Source: Octopus sinensis (lineage: Eukaryota). Taken from it: 35,091 nt of DNA. Below, piece after piece: positions 11,408 through 23,809 of the stretch. Location of the stretch: positions 1 through 35,091 of the forward strand of contig NW_021828047.1 in NCBI RefSeq assembly GCF_006345805.1, in the 5' to 3' direction. The notes under the pieces are model-generated. The model searched no databases. It was not told the origin of the DNA and worked only from the letters and a program-made list of their open reading frames with translations. How positions within the stretch are numbered: position 1 is the stretch's first letter; each line of letters starts with the position of its first letter. The translations under genes and the position numbers were made by a program.

Positions 11408-11409
<2 letters not shown>
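11201..11409 (+). mobile_element. About 200-bp hammerhead-bearing element nested in the hAT MITE
   Basis: Flanked by (TA)n on both sides; homologous to 9857-10063. Confidence 0.75.
11275..11312 (+). ncRNA. Minimal type I hammerhead, A6U core (CUGUUGA)
   Basis: UCUUU-CUGUUGA-A-GAGC(GUAG)GCUC-GAA-ACGU-A/AAAGA. Confidence 0.7.
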
Positions 11410-11441
<32 letters not shown>

Positions 11442-12365
11442 TATATCAGGATAAGCATATTAAAAGGGGTCTTTGGGAAAACTCATTTAAATAAAAGGTT
11501 TGAGAACTGTTGTTGGGGACCACTGTGAAAAGGTTGGAAACCACTGCTCTTGCAGCTGCAAAAAAAGGCGACATTAACAGTAATGACAACAGCTACAGTA
11601 ACATCAGTAGCAGCAGCAGCAACAACAACAACAATAGTAACAACAACAGCTACTGCAGTAGTTATCCCAACCATACTTTCTAATGAACTAAAATGAATTT
11701 TGAAAATATTTTTTTAAGACTGACACAGACATGTATCCCTAATTTTGGCAATTCCATTTAGTCTCCAGCTTGGGCTTCACATACATACAAGCACACATAT
11801 ACACACGTACACATGTACACATGCTGGATACATAAATACATAAAGCTACACACATATAGACAAAACTTATACACTTATATTCATACGCACAAGTATATAA
11901 ACCAGGTACATACGCTTATACTACACACTACACACCTTTAGACTAGACACGCGCATATAAACATAGACCAGACACATATATACACAAAGATTCGTAAATA
12001 AGTTAGATACACATTTGCGCATACACATGCACTAGATAAATACCTGCATATCCAGGTACACATATACATAAACGGATATAACATTACGGACAAACTCATA
12101 GAAAAAACCCCACAAAATATAGTTATCTAAACCAATAAATAAGAAACGAAGATCCAATATCGATAATTGATAAAAAAATAATAGAAGACAATAAAATAAT
12201 TCAACATATCGCAAAAAAAACCAATAGCGTTTAATATTCTGAAATCGAATGTATAAACGGATTTTGTTTGGAGTTTCCAATTGACTGCAGGGGTGAAATT
12301 ATACAGGATTTGAAGGAAAATTCAAACCAACCTGTGCCAAGGTTATTGTTATTATTATTATTATT

Positions 12366-12584
12366 CAGTAGTTTTATTTTTATAGCGTGCTTTCACTTCA
12401 CTACCGAGCGCAGCTCTGTGTGCCTTGGGTATGTGCTGCGATTTGTTGTGATTCTCTGATGGTTATTGTATGGAAAGTGTTCTGCGTAGGATGTGTGCAG
12501 TGCCTAGTAGTGCAATTTTCTGTATGTTATATGTGTTTGTAAGTCCTGGTGTTTTTGTTATGTATTTGTCTGAATATTTTTAAA
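12366..12584 (-). mobile_element. 3' end of an R4/Dong-type (REL-endonuclease) LINE between (TTA)n tracts
   Basis: Minus-strand frame KYSDKYITKTPGLTNTYNIQKIALLGTAHILRRTLSIQ* (stop at 12463-12465), which resembles the QKxxLLGTAxILR C-terminus of this clade. Confidence 0.7.
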
Positions 12585-12637
<53 letters not shown>

Positions 12638-12638
<1 letters not shown>

Positions 12639-13060
12639 GAGTGACAGAGCAGTGCATGCCATTAAAGTGACACTGGGGCAGAATATATGAAACCCAGTAT
12701 ACCCATCATGACTACACTAGGCACATGCATCACAAACACAAGTTCGCGACATGGTGATCTCTTATGAAGGTAAACAGTTAGAGTTTTCTTCAGGCCGGTA
12801 GCCCATTCCGCTCAAAGAGATAGGCTACTCCTGAATAAGAGTTGTTTAAGGTTGTTGAACGAAACTGCCATGTTTCCAGAGATGAATTATTCAAACCCCA
12901 AAGAATTCCTCTCAACACATGGCTATGATGCTTCCCCACTATTTCTGCTCGTGACGAATGATGCACATATCGTCAACCACCAAGGGACATGCTCAGCTGG
13001 TTAAGGTCAAGCAACAGACAAGTAAATTTGTGATATTGAGCAGAATATTTGCTGTAGCCC
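12638..13060. mobile_element. Unclassified interspersed repeat bounded by TTA-type repeats
   Basis: Complex sequence with sharp microsatellite boundaries. I recall it as a common octopus repeat but cannot verify this in the window. Confidence 0.35.
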
Positions 13061-13104
13061 TATTACTATTATTGTTGTTGTTGTTGTTGTTGTTGTCATC
13101 GTCA

Positions 13105-13136
<32 letters not shown>

Positions 13137-13404
13137 ATCGTCATCGTCATCATGGTGAACGTTGCGAGCAAAAAAAACAACAACTTATTTTTACCGACTC
13201 CTTACGTTTTAAGTTCAAATTCCTCCGGGTTTAAACTTTATTGAGGTCTTTGAAGGGTAGCAACTGTAGACAGGGGCCTAAATGTCACAACTGTGGCAAG
13301 AACAACCATCTCAAGGTCTATTCTCAACAACAACTGAAAACATTTTCACTACAACCAACACCGCAACGTCAAAAGTGACAGCATTAGTAGCAACAACAAC
13401 AGCA

Positions 13405-13599
13405 GTGGAGGCTCAATGGCCCAGTGGTTAGGGCAGTGGACTCGCGGTCGTAAGGACGCGGTTTCGATTCCCAGACCGGGCATTGTTAGTGTTTATTGAG
13501 AAAAAAACGTCTGAGCCCCACGAGGTTCCGGCGAGTGGTAGTGGTGAACCCCACTGTACTCTTTCACCACAACTTTCTCTTACTTTCTTCCTACTTCTG
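13405..13599 (+). mobile_element. SINE family B, 5' half
   Basis: Aligns to the reverse complement of about 3715-3911; A and B boxes present. Confidence 0.85.
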
Positions 13600-13859
13600 C
13601 CACAAAGCAGAGGAACCATAGTGTAACCCACTATGGTGTGGTAAACTTTCACACCGTAGTCTAGATTGCGAATCCTCTGTACCCTCTGATGGTTCAGCTC
13701 TCCACCCGTTAAAAGCCACCGTCAGTCTATTGCGTGTGGTGGGTAGATCTTCAAGTTGCCACACGCATTCTTAGTAGCTTAGAGTAGGCTCGAATTAGAG
13801 ATTATTCTTTGTGGCTAATGGCGTGAGTCCTGATTAGAAGAAGAAGAAGACGACAACAA

Positions 13860-16128
13860 CAGCCCGCAACCGAAGGAATAGGGTCTGTAGCACCAGCCGT
13901 AAAACTGGAAGTTGCTTACTTGCTAAAGGCAATCCATCTTGACAGATGATGACGTCGTCTTTGATCTTTAGGGGTTGTTTTGATGGCGTCGGCAAGCCGC
14001 CCTCTCGTGGCTGGAAAGGCTGATTCTGGGGGCACATGTCCGATGACACTGAGAGCAGCAAAGAGGGCTCCGACGATGAGCTCGTCTAGGATTTTGCTGA
14101 CGTTCCTTGAACCGTCTCCGCTTTTCTTCGCAAAGTCTAGTCCACCCACCCTCAAAAGGCTGCGTACCAGTTTTGACCATACCCCCTCCAGGTAGTACAG
14201 TCTGTGGTCAGTGTTTCAAGTTCACCAGGTGGGATGTTGTAGAGCTTCAGGGATTTCTTGAGATGATCTTTATATCGCTTCTCTGGACCTCTGTGCGGTC
14301 TGTTACCCTCTGCTAACTCCCTCCCCCCCCCCAAGAAATCTTGGGTATACGGTTTTCTGGCATCCCGATAACATGCCCCAGCGCAGTTGACGTTCGAGGA
14401 TCATGCATTCGATGCTGGTTAATTTCGCTCGTTTCAGGATTTCCTTATGTGGGATGATCTTGTCCTTGCAGATCAGATGAAGAATGCGCTGGAGACAGCG
14501 GATATGAAAGGATTCGAGGGGTTTGACATGACGACAATAAAGTGCCCATGTTTCTGAGTCATACAGAAGCGTGGAAACCACAACAGTACGACAAAGCTCG
14601 ATTTTCGTGGAGAGATTCTGATCACGATAAAGGAAGATCCTATCCTTGAGACTTTCAAAAGCGGAGGAGGCAATGTGGATGTGATTCTGAATTTCGTGGT
14701 CAATGACTCCATTGCTTGGGATGATGCTACCAAAATAGGTGAATTTGGGTGAACAGAGGGTGAACCATTTTTGGAGCTTTGAAGAATCTCTGTTTTCTTG
14801 GTGTTGACCTGGAGTCTATCCCGACTATAGGCATTGCACACAACGTCTAGGGTCTGCTGAAGGCTGGCTCATTCGTGGGCGAGAGCTTCGCAGTCATCGG
14901 CATACTGTAATTCAAAGAGAGTAGTGGATTGAGTTTTTGTTAGTGATTTTAGTCTCAAGTTGAAGAGACTGCCATCGTGGCGATATCGAATTGGGATGCC
15001 ATCTTCGGGGTTGAGGTCGTAGCGAGATAGTAAGGTCATAGCCACAAGGAACACATTGAAGAGGAAAGGGGCCAGGAAACAGCTTTGTTTTACACCGACT
15101 TGAACGTTGAAGTAGTTAGACTGATCACCACCCAATGTCACACGTGCTTGCATGCCGTCATGGAACTGGCGTAGCATGGCAAGAAGCTTATGAGGGCATC
15201 CATACTTCTGCAGGACATTCCATAGTAGTGGGCTAATAGTGGGTTAATAGTATGAAAAGCTTTAGTTGGATCAGTAAAGGCAAACGAGGCATCACACTTT
15301 TGTTCTCGGCATTTCTCTAACAGGAGGCGGGAGACGAAGACCATGCTGATAGTGCTACGGTTAGCTCTAAAAACCGCATTTAGACTCCGGGATGATTCCT
15401 TCAATGAAGTGGCCAAGAAGTTGAGAGAGCAGGATGCGTGCCAAGACCTTTCCTGCAACATCCAGGAATGAAATACTCCTGCTGTTGTTGAAGATGGTAA
15501 TTATGTCAGCGTGTTTTCAGCGTTAAGGGATCAAAACACTTTTCCAACAGTAGAGGATAATCTGATGAAGACGCTGGACAAGAGCAGGACCAACGTATTT
15601 ATAGATCTCCCCCGACACACCATCTAATCCAGGTGATTTCCTGTTTTTTAAGTAGGAGAGAGAGCTGTACGGATTTCCACGTGGGAGGGTTCCGTATCCA
15701 ACTCAAAGAGAGAAGGGAGATGAAGGAGCTAATCAATCAGTGTAGTGTCTGTAGGATTTATCTTGTTCAACAAGGAGCTAAAGAGTTCTGTCACGGATCT
15801 GGGTTTTTTTCTTGTAGAGAGTGTTGCTGATTGAAGATCGTATCGGATTGATATGATTGGAGGACGGACCGTACATAGATTTGGTTGCAATGTAGAGCAC
15901 GTGGATCTTATTTTCATCCGCAAAGCGTTGAATTTCTGCAGCTTTGTTCTGAATCTGCCTAAGTCTGCTCTGGCATTCCGAGCCAAGATCTTTCCAATTC
16001 TGGAGGTGTGTGTTGGACCTGCCCGAGAGGTTGGCATCATGAGCCCGGTTTTTACTTCTGAGAAGAGGGAGGATCTCATCTGCAGATTCATCAAACCAGT
16101 CAGGATTGCGACGTCTAGTGTGTCCTAG
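13860..16128 (-). mobile_element. RTE/BovB-like LINE, 5'-truncated and decayed
   Basis: RT motifs GVKQSCFLAP, DGSLFNLR and YADD (14893-14904); then LLYDSETW, RQLRW and a C-terminal CSQCHRTC..SHER. The 3' boundary is uncertain (about 13835-13925). Confidence 0.9.
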
Positions 16129-16457
16129 TTGTTCTCTATTTTATGTCAGATGCTTTCACTTTAACGATAAAAATAATAATAACAATTGAATTATATGTAG
16201 TAAGTAATAATTAAAACCAAACTAATGTATAATATAATCGGAACATAACAAAAGTAAAAATAGCAATTGGTGTAAAATTGCATCAATGACTTGAACTTGA
16301 ATAAGTGGTTTCACATGAATGGGAATGAATTAAAAATAAAACTAGCGTGCAGAAATGGAATAGTCCAGATGGATAATGAAAAATTAAATTAAAGAAAAGA
16401 CTATTGTCTATAAAGTATACAATGTAGAGAAAAAAGAAGAGCTAACAAATCCAGTCT

Positions 16458-18358
16458 TCATTGAGTGTGTTGGTTAGTTGTTTTGTATGTGAAAAATTTG
16501 GAAAAAATTGTCAAAAAATTGAATCGCGCGAGGCGTTTGCCGCTGCGTGTTTGAACTTTTATAGAAGGTGTGTCGACCCTCAAGTCATGGAGACTTACGC
16601 GGGGGTCGCCACAACAAAAAGTGATGAGTCTCTTAGAATAAGAGAAGTGTTCTTTAGAAAAGAACAATTGAAGGAATACGAGAAGTTCGTCAAAAGGGAG
16701 GGTGACAGCGTGAAGCTGGTCCCGCTTGTTGAAACAATAGAGGAGAGAAATAACAAGATGATAACGTATAGAACGCAAGATAGGAACCCGAGAAAACTGG
16801 TAAGAGAGACGATTGAAGATATAGAGAAATGTCTGGGGGACATTATGAAAAAAGCGACTTTTGTAGACAGAGGAAAGAAATATGGTACGGTGGAGGTGAG
16901 ATGCGCAACAAAGGAAGTGGCGGCCTCATTAGCTTCCACTGTCCTGAAAGCCGAAAATTTCACTATGTGGCCGACGTATAAAGGAAGACGAGGGGTACGG
17001 GTAAGAGTCCCAAAGGTGCCCCCAGAAATAAAAACAGAAATGCTGGTAACAGCCATTCTAGGGTCAGCAAAGGAGGAAGTAGAAATAGGGTCAATCAAGG
17101 AGACCAACGTTGTAAATTGGAAGGGATTCGGAGTAGAGTTGTGGCTGATAGCCACAATGGAAGACATCGAAAGGGTTGCCTTCCAAATAGAAATAGAAAA
17201 CGAGAAAACAATTAGTGTAATTGTGGAGGGGAGAAAACCGAATTGCTACTTGTGCGGGTCAAGAGGGCACATAAAAAAGGAATGTCCGCTGTATGAATTC
17301 ACAGCGGAGCAAAAAGAGACACAAAGTGAAGAGAACAAAAAAGAGAAGGAAAAAGAACACGAAGGAAAGAACAGCGAAAACAAGGAAAAGGAAATAACGG
17401 AGAAACAACAGGAGAAGGGAAGTAACAGCGCACTGAAGGAAAATGAAAACAAAGGGAAGAAGATAGTAGAAAAGGAGAAAAATCCACAGGGTGGAGAAGT
17501 AGTGGAGAAGGAGCCAAGGCAGAAGCAAGAGAAAGAAAAGGAAAGTACATTAAAGGAAAGAGAAAAAACAGGAAAAGAACAAGAGAAGGAACAGAACCAA
17601 GAGAAAGGAAAAGATGGTATGCAAAAAGGAAAAGAAACAACAGGATAGGAACATAAGGCACAGGGTAGAGAGACGACAGACAAAGAGCCAAAAAGACAAG
17701 AGAAGGAAAAAGAAAGAAGAGAAAGCAAAAAGAGAGAAAGAGAGAAACCGAGAGAGGAGAAAAAAGCGGAAGTAAGTCCTAAGAGAAAAAGTAGAGAAAA
17801 TGCAGGTACGAATAGAAAATTCAAATACTATGGAACGTTGATCCATCACAGGCACTGTGAGGAGATGGAAGATTTAATAAACGTAACAAATGGATATACG
17901 TGGGTCAGGATGGGCACCGAATGGAAAGAAACAGGTGCACTCGTCCACGAGAACGACGCTGAGGCGTTCATCGAGGCAGCTGGCAAGAACGTGACAAAAC
18001 ATATGAAATGCCGACTTACAAGGTGGCCACGAACGATGGAAATTTACCAAGATTTGGTAGAGATAATGGAGTATATATAAAAGAAAAGGTATTGTGAAAA
18101 CTTTAATTTGGAAATGATAAAAAGAACTTTAAATTCTGAAAAAAAAAATGTTGAACTTTGTAAAATTTTTGAAATGTATGTTGAAAATGTTTTTATTTGG
18201 AAAATATTGTTGACGTAATAAAAAAATGACGAAATGTAACCGCTCGATTTCGGGGATCGAGTGGGCATTACACCACATTGTACAAACTTCATAATTCATT
18301 ATTTTATTTTTCCCGATTGTATTGTCCCCTCTATGTTGCCCCTTGTAGGTAGGAATAA
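16458..18358 (+). mobile_element. Complete ORF1-only retroelement (HAL1-like) with 14-bp TSD
   Basis: TSD aacaaatccagtct (16444-16457) / aacaattccagtct (18359-18372). One long ORF, no EN/RT, 3' end ...ccccttgtaggtaggaataaaa. Confidence 0.8.
16587..18080 (+). pseudogene. L1/Tx1-type ORF1-like protein (RRM-like region, CCHC knuckle, E/K-rich linker, unknown C-terminal domain) with one premature TAG
   Basis: ATG at 16587; CYLCGSRGHIKKEC at 17244-17285. The single in-frame TAG is at 17646-17648, and I translated the same frame open through to 18080. Confidence 0.8.
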
Positions 18359-18504
18359 AACAATTCCAGTCTGTTATATATTTTGAGCATTGTTATCACT
18401 AGCGATATTAAGATATAACTTTGTATTTTGCATTTTATGTGTAGATGTGTATATATAGATGTATATGTAATATGTACACATATGTATACACATATATACA
18501 TGCA

Positions 18505-18590
18505 CTAGCACTATGACCCGGCAACGACGGGTCTTTAATGCTATATTGTATAAAGAAAAGTAAAAGATATGCAATTAAAAGACATAAAAT
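18505..18590 (-). mobile_element. Helitron-like 3' terminus fragment
   Basis: Minus strand acccg-tcgttgc-cgggt hairpin, then catagtgCTAG followed by T. Confidence 0.55.
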
Positions 18591-19071
18591 TATATATATA
18601 TATATATATATATATCGAGAGAGAGAGAGAGAAGAGAGAGAGAAAGAGAGAGAACGAGAGAGAGAGAGAGAAAGCGCGCACGCGAGAGAGAGAGAGAGAG
18701 AGAGAAGAGAGACAGAGTAAAAATATACATATACACACATAAAAAATAATAAAAGGTATAAACATATTTACAGACATTTTGTTGTATGGCCGTTGACTAT
18801 TCAGGAGTTTATCCGCCTTTGACAGGTCTTATTTTTCATCCCGCAGGGTGTCCAACAACACCCTCCTCACCAATTAAGCCTGGTGGGGTTGCCAGTTTAG
18901 TTATAGGCGACCCGACCATACGACATATTGTACTGGATTACGTTACCAGTAGCACGCAAGAGCGACCTGACACAAAAACTGGAAGTAGCGCTTACAACAA
19001 CAACTGCAGCAACGATACCAGTAGTAGCAGCAACTGTAATAAAAACGACAAAACAAGTGCCACATCCCCAT

Positions 19072-19183
19072 AGGCGCAGGAGTGGCTGTGTGGTAAGTAG
19101 CTTGCTAACCAACCACATGGTTCCGGGTTCAGTCCCACTGCGTGGAGTCTTGGGCCGACCAATGAAACTGAAAGAAGCCTGTC

Positions 19184-19254
<71 letters not shown>

Positions 19255-19466
19255 GTGTGTCTGTGTTTGTCCCCCTAGCATTGCATGACAACTGATGCTG
19301 GTGTGTTTACGTCCCCGTCACTTAGCGGTTCAGCAAAAGAGACCGATAGAATAAGTACTGGGCTTACAAAGAATAAGTCCCGGGGTTGATTTGCTCGACT
19401 AAAGGCGGTGCTCCAGCATGGCCGCAGTCAAATGACTGAAACAAGTAAAAGAGAGTAAAGAGAGTA
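19072..19466 (+). mobile_element. SINE family A with internal deletions
   Basis: Head aggcgcaggagtggctgtgtgg, internal (TA)n(TG)n, tail gaaacaagtaaaagagag. Confidence 0.9.
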
Positions 19467-19799
19467 TCCCAGATAAAAGCGACAGCAATAAAAAGCTCCA
19501 AAACAAGTAAAACAACAACGAAATACAACAACAACCCGTACCAAGATATGCTTCTTTCCGTTTTGGACTACTGGTATATGTCGTGTTGAGAAGGTGATGA
19601 GGAAGGCCCTAAATGGCAAAAGGTAGCTCCCTATCCTCAAGAAAAAGGAAAATATTTTGCCAACAAAAATGCTTGAAGGATCGAAAGAAAGAGAGATACA
19701 TTTAAACAGCGGTACACCAACACCAACACCAACACCAACACTAACACCAGCATCAATTACAACAGCCACAGAAATACAAGAAGTGATTGTTGGGCGCAT

Positions 19800-20790
19800 A
19801 GAGTGTAAATCTCCTGGTTTATAGGGTCAGCTATATGTACGCTGCTTTTGTTTGCTCAACCTCATAGTGGGCACATATTACAACTGACAGCAGGATGGGA
19901 GAATCCTCAGATCGGTGAGTCGAAGAACGGTACTGTTACTAAGAAAAGACCGAAACAAAAGGGATCCTACTGATAATTTACGGGGCTCATGTATTAGCTT
20001 GTTTTTGATAGCTTGATTGGTGATGTGCAAAAAAAAGTGCCATCCCGAATGGTCCACGACAACCTCCACTTTATGCGATACATCACGGAGAAGATGAATA
20101 AGGAACACATGCGGCGGGACCCTGATCAATTTAAATCAATGTAATGTTTTCGATAAGATCAACCACCGATACTCTGTGGCTGTTCTCACGGCAGTCAGTT
20201 TTGGTCTTGTCTTCGGTGGCTGGATTACCGCTATATGCAGCAACATCTGCTCGGCCGTTGGGTGAATGGCCACCTATCGGAACTAATATGTATCTTGCGC
20301 TCGGTCAGTGAAGATCGTCCCTTCTCGTCTCTCTTGTTGATGCCAACTCTTGAGCTCCAGCTACAGAGTCTAGAGACGTTGAGGGGAAACTCGCGTGAAG
20401 AGGAATTTGGAAGATCTCATATCGGCGTACGCGGACGACATCAACGTGACAGCATAGGGAACCAGGTGATAAGTAATACTCTACGAGACTTGTAGGCGGT
20501 GACAGGAGAAAAATTTAACCACACTAAGTCAGTTAGGCATCTGTCTTGGGATCTAGAGAAACAAGTCCATGTCATCCAACAACGCAGTAGGGCGCTGGAT
20601 GGACGGGCTGATTAAACTGCTTGGGGTTTGGTTTGGTCCAGATCTCCAAGTGGAGAACTAGGCTGAAGTGACGAGCAGGTTCACCTATGTCACCCAGAAA
20701 TAGGCCGACAGAAAGCTCTCCATGACAGATCGGGCAAAGGTGGCGAGCGCTTTCATCACCTCCTTCATATATTGCTGTCTGACCATCATG
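19800..20790 (+). pseudogene. Decayed L1/Tx1-type reverse transcriptase fragment
   Basis: Pieces DNLHFMRYITEK, VFDKINHRY, SAYADD (YADD at 20428-20439) and IKLLGVWFGP across frameshifts and stops. Confidence 0.8.
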
Positions 20791-20910
20791 ATGTGACTTT
20801 CATCAACCTGTGATCGATAAAAAAAAAGTACCTATCACAATACCGGTTTGATATAATGGACTCTATTATTATTATTCAACATATTCATCTCGTAATATAA
20901 CCTATACTGA

Positions 20911-21126
20911 AGGCTGTAAGCTGGCTGAATCGTTAGCACGCCGGGAAAAATGCTCAGTAACATTTCGTCGGTCTTTATGTTTTGAGTTCAAATTCCGCCG
21001 AGGCCGACTTTGCCTTCCATACTTACGGGTCGATAAAATAAGTACTATTTGAGCTCTGGGGTCGATGTAATCGGCTTACCCCCTCCCCTAAATTGGCTGG
21101 GTTTGTGCCGAAACTTGAAACCAATA
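20911..21126 (+). mobile_element. tRNA-derived SINE family C (central domain resembles Meta/MESC, from recall)
   Basis: Head and core align with 34857-35010 (gagttcaaattccgccgagg..gactttgcctt..gggtcgataaaataagtac); the 3' tail differs. Confidence 0.8.
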
Positions 21127-21400
21127 TAACTTACGCTGTTAATTACATTCATTAATAAAATTAAGATTGTCCATATCATAATCAACAGAACGTTGCCCTT
21201 CAAATAACTGTTAGCAATCTAATTTTGATTGTCGGCATACTTCATTTAAATTATAATAATTATACTAATTACAGTAATTACATTCATTATAATAATTATA
21301 ACACTGATGTTTTTGGATAAATGTGTGAACGCCACAGCTTCACGTAATTTCTTATCTGAAAACAAGCTAAAGAAAACGAACGTTTGATCTGTTAAGTTGT

Positions 21401-22031
21401 GTGTATGTGTGTGTATTTGTATGTAGGCGGGTTTGGGTATATGTTTGGATTTATTTGTATCTGTGTGTATATAAACTGAGAGATAATGTGTTTGACCGTG
21501 TCTTAATGTATATGTGCGTATATATATGTATAGAAGTAAGCATGTGTATAGGTATGAGAGTGTATGTGTGCGTGTGGGTGTGTATGTATGTATGTATGTA
21601 TGTATGTATGTATGTATGTATGTATTTATTTATGCACGCATGTATGTATGCATGTAGATATATATATTTATGTATGTAGTAATGTAAGAATATGTATATA
21701 ACTAAACATACATGTGTATGTATATGTATATGCTTGTGAGTATGTATCTATTTAAGCATGTATCTTCGTTGTTATTCGTGTGCGTGTGTGTATTGTATGT
21801 GTGTGTGTGCATGTACTTATCTATGTATATGGGTATATCTATGTAAAGTTATATGTAGTCATGTGTATTTGTATGTAAGTATATATGTATGTGTGTGTTT
21901 GTACATATGTATGCATATGTGTATGTATGTGAGTGCAAGTGTATATATTGCATGTGTGTATGTATGTATATCAACAAATGTGTGTATGAATGTGTGTATG
22001 TGGATGCGTCTGTGTGTGTACCATAGAAGAG

Positions 22032-22062
<31 letters not shown>

Positions 22063-22118
22063 TGAAAGGGACGAAGAGAAAGATAGAAAGTGACAGAGAG
22101 AGAGAGAGAGAAAGAGAC

Positions 22119-22149
<31 letters not shown>

Positions 22150-22766
22150 TAGAGAGAGTGACCCGAACACTGACAAAATGCAGAAAACCTCATTATTTAT
22201 TATCATAAATAATTATGATGAATATGATGAGGATAATGATGTCAGTGTTAATGAGGGCTAAATTAGCTACACTAATAATGATTTCTCTCTAAATACCACT
22301 AACAACCACCCGCCAGCCCAGCCCAGCATCCCTGCCACTTCATTCAGTGACTCCACCACTACCAACAACAACAACAGCAACAGAAATAGATATGATGATG
22401 ACAATGATGCTGTTGCTGTTGTTGATGATGATGATGATTATGATCATGATAGTGTTGATGTTGGTGGTGGTGATGATGATGAAGATACTCAGAACAGTGG
22501 CGTCACCATCGAAGGAAAGGAGCGGTCGTTTTTCTTGATTAGCTTCGGGTATCGCCCTGCAGCCGTATTGCTTAACTACTGTACAACCATCCACACTTCA
22601 CCCGCACTCCACCCTCATTCCACTCCAATTTAAATTACTCTCACTCTCCCCCCTCTCTCTCTCTCTCATTTCACGATGGGGCGACGACTCTATTACAGCA
22701 TCATAATCTCTTGGAATAATAATAATAATAATAATAACGATGAAAATAAATAATAATAAATAAATA

Positions 22767-22825
<59 letters not shown>

Positions 22826-22987
22826 TAATAATAATAAAATAATAATAATGATAATAATAATGATAAGATAATAATGATAATAATAATAATAATGAAATAA
22901 TATATAATAATATAATAATAATAATAATGATAATAATAATAAAATAATAATGATAAAATAATAATAATAATAAAAATAATAATAATA

Positions 22988-23025
<38 letters not shown>

Positions 23026-23035
23026 CCAACAATAA
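21401..23035. repeat. Degenerate (TATG/TG)n, (GA)n, (GAT)n and long (TAA)n tracts with short unique spacers
   Basis: Directly visible. Confidence 0.9.
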
Positions 23036-23402
23036 TTATTGTAGAAATATAAAGTTTAAAATAAGTATTAAATAAATATATAAAATATGAAATTAGGATT
23101 GAATAAAATATTGAAAATAATTAAGAATAAAAAAAGGAAATTCTTGAAACAGTTGCAATCAGGCATATGCTACCACTGTGCCTAAATCCGTTGCCTAAAT
23201 CGAAACCCTATGAGGTCGAATTTACCCATCCCTGTTTCTTTATTCAGTACGATTAAAACTTCCTATTTGCACAAAATGACAGTCTTCTTCAGCAGCAGTA
23301 GCAGCAGCAGCAGCAGAAATGTAAATAAGTGAATTATATTTCAGATATTTCTAAATTTGAATATATCGGTTTATTTTAATTTAGAAAGAATTTCTTATAC
23401 TC

Positions 23403-23809
23403 TGTTACTCTTTTACTCTTTTACTTGTTTCAGTCATTTGACTGCGGCCATGCTGGAGCACCGCCTTTAGTCGAGCAAATCGACCCCGGGACTTATTCAT
23501 TGTAAGCCCAGTACTTATTCTATCGGTCTCTTTTGCTGAACCGCTAAGTGACGGGGACGTAAACACACCAGCATCGGTTGTCAAGCAATTCTAGGGGGAC
23601 AAACACAGACACACAAACATATACACACACACTTATATATATATACATATATACGACAGCTTCTTCTTCAGTTTCCGTCTACCAAATCCACTCACAAGGC
23701 ATTGGTCGGCCCGGGCATAGCAGAAGACTTTCCCTTCCCGATGCACGCAGTGGGACTGAACCCAGAACCATGTGGTTGGTAGGCAAGCTACTTACCACAC
23801 AGCCACTTC
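23403..23809 (-). mobile_element. SINE family A, near full length
   Basis: Aligns with 10253-10713. Confidence 0.9.

Larger units (their letters stand above)
11073..11546. mobile_element. hAT-type MITE with 8-bp TSD
   Basis: TIRs cagtggtccccaatct / aggttggaaaccactg; TSD ctctagca (11065-11072) / ctcttgca (11547-11554). Confidence 0.75.

Noticed and set aside
12943-13060. Possible HDV-like ribozyme at the minus-strand 5' end of the TTA-flanked element
   Set aside because: An 8-bp P2-like pair (12943-12950/13038-13045) and a P3-like AAU/AUU with 7-nt loop are present, but P1 and P1.1 cannot be formed.
16595-17855. Antisense ORFs of 89-192 aa opposite the ORF1-like gene
   Set aside because: Shadow frames caused by the purine-rich E/K-coding strand.
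16458-20790. ORF1 (16587) and RT (19800) as one L1/Tx1 element
   Set aside because: The ORF1 unit closes with its own tail and TSD at 18372, so the RT fragment is a separate relic.
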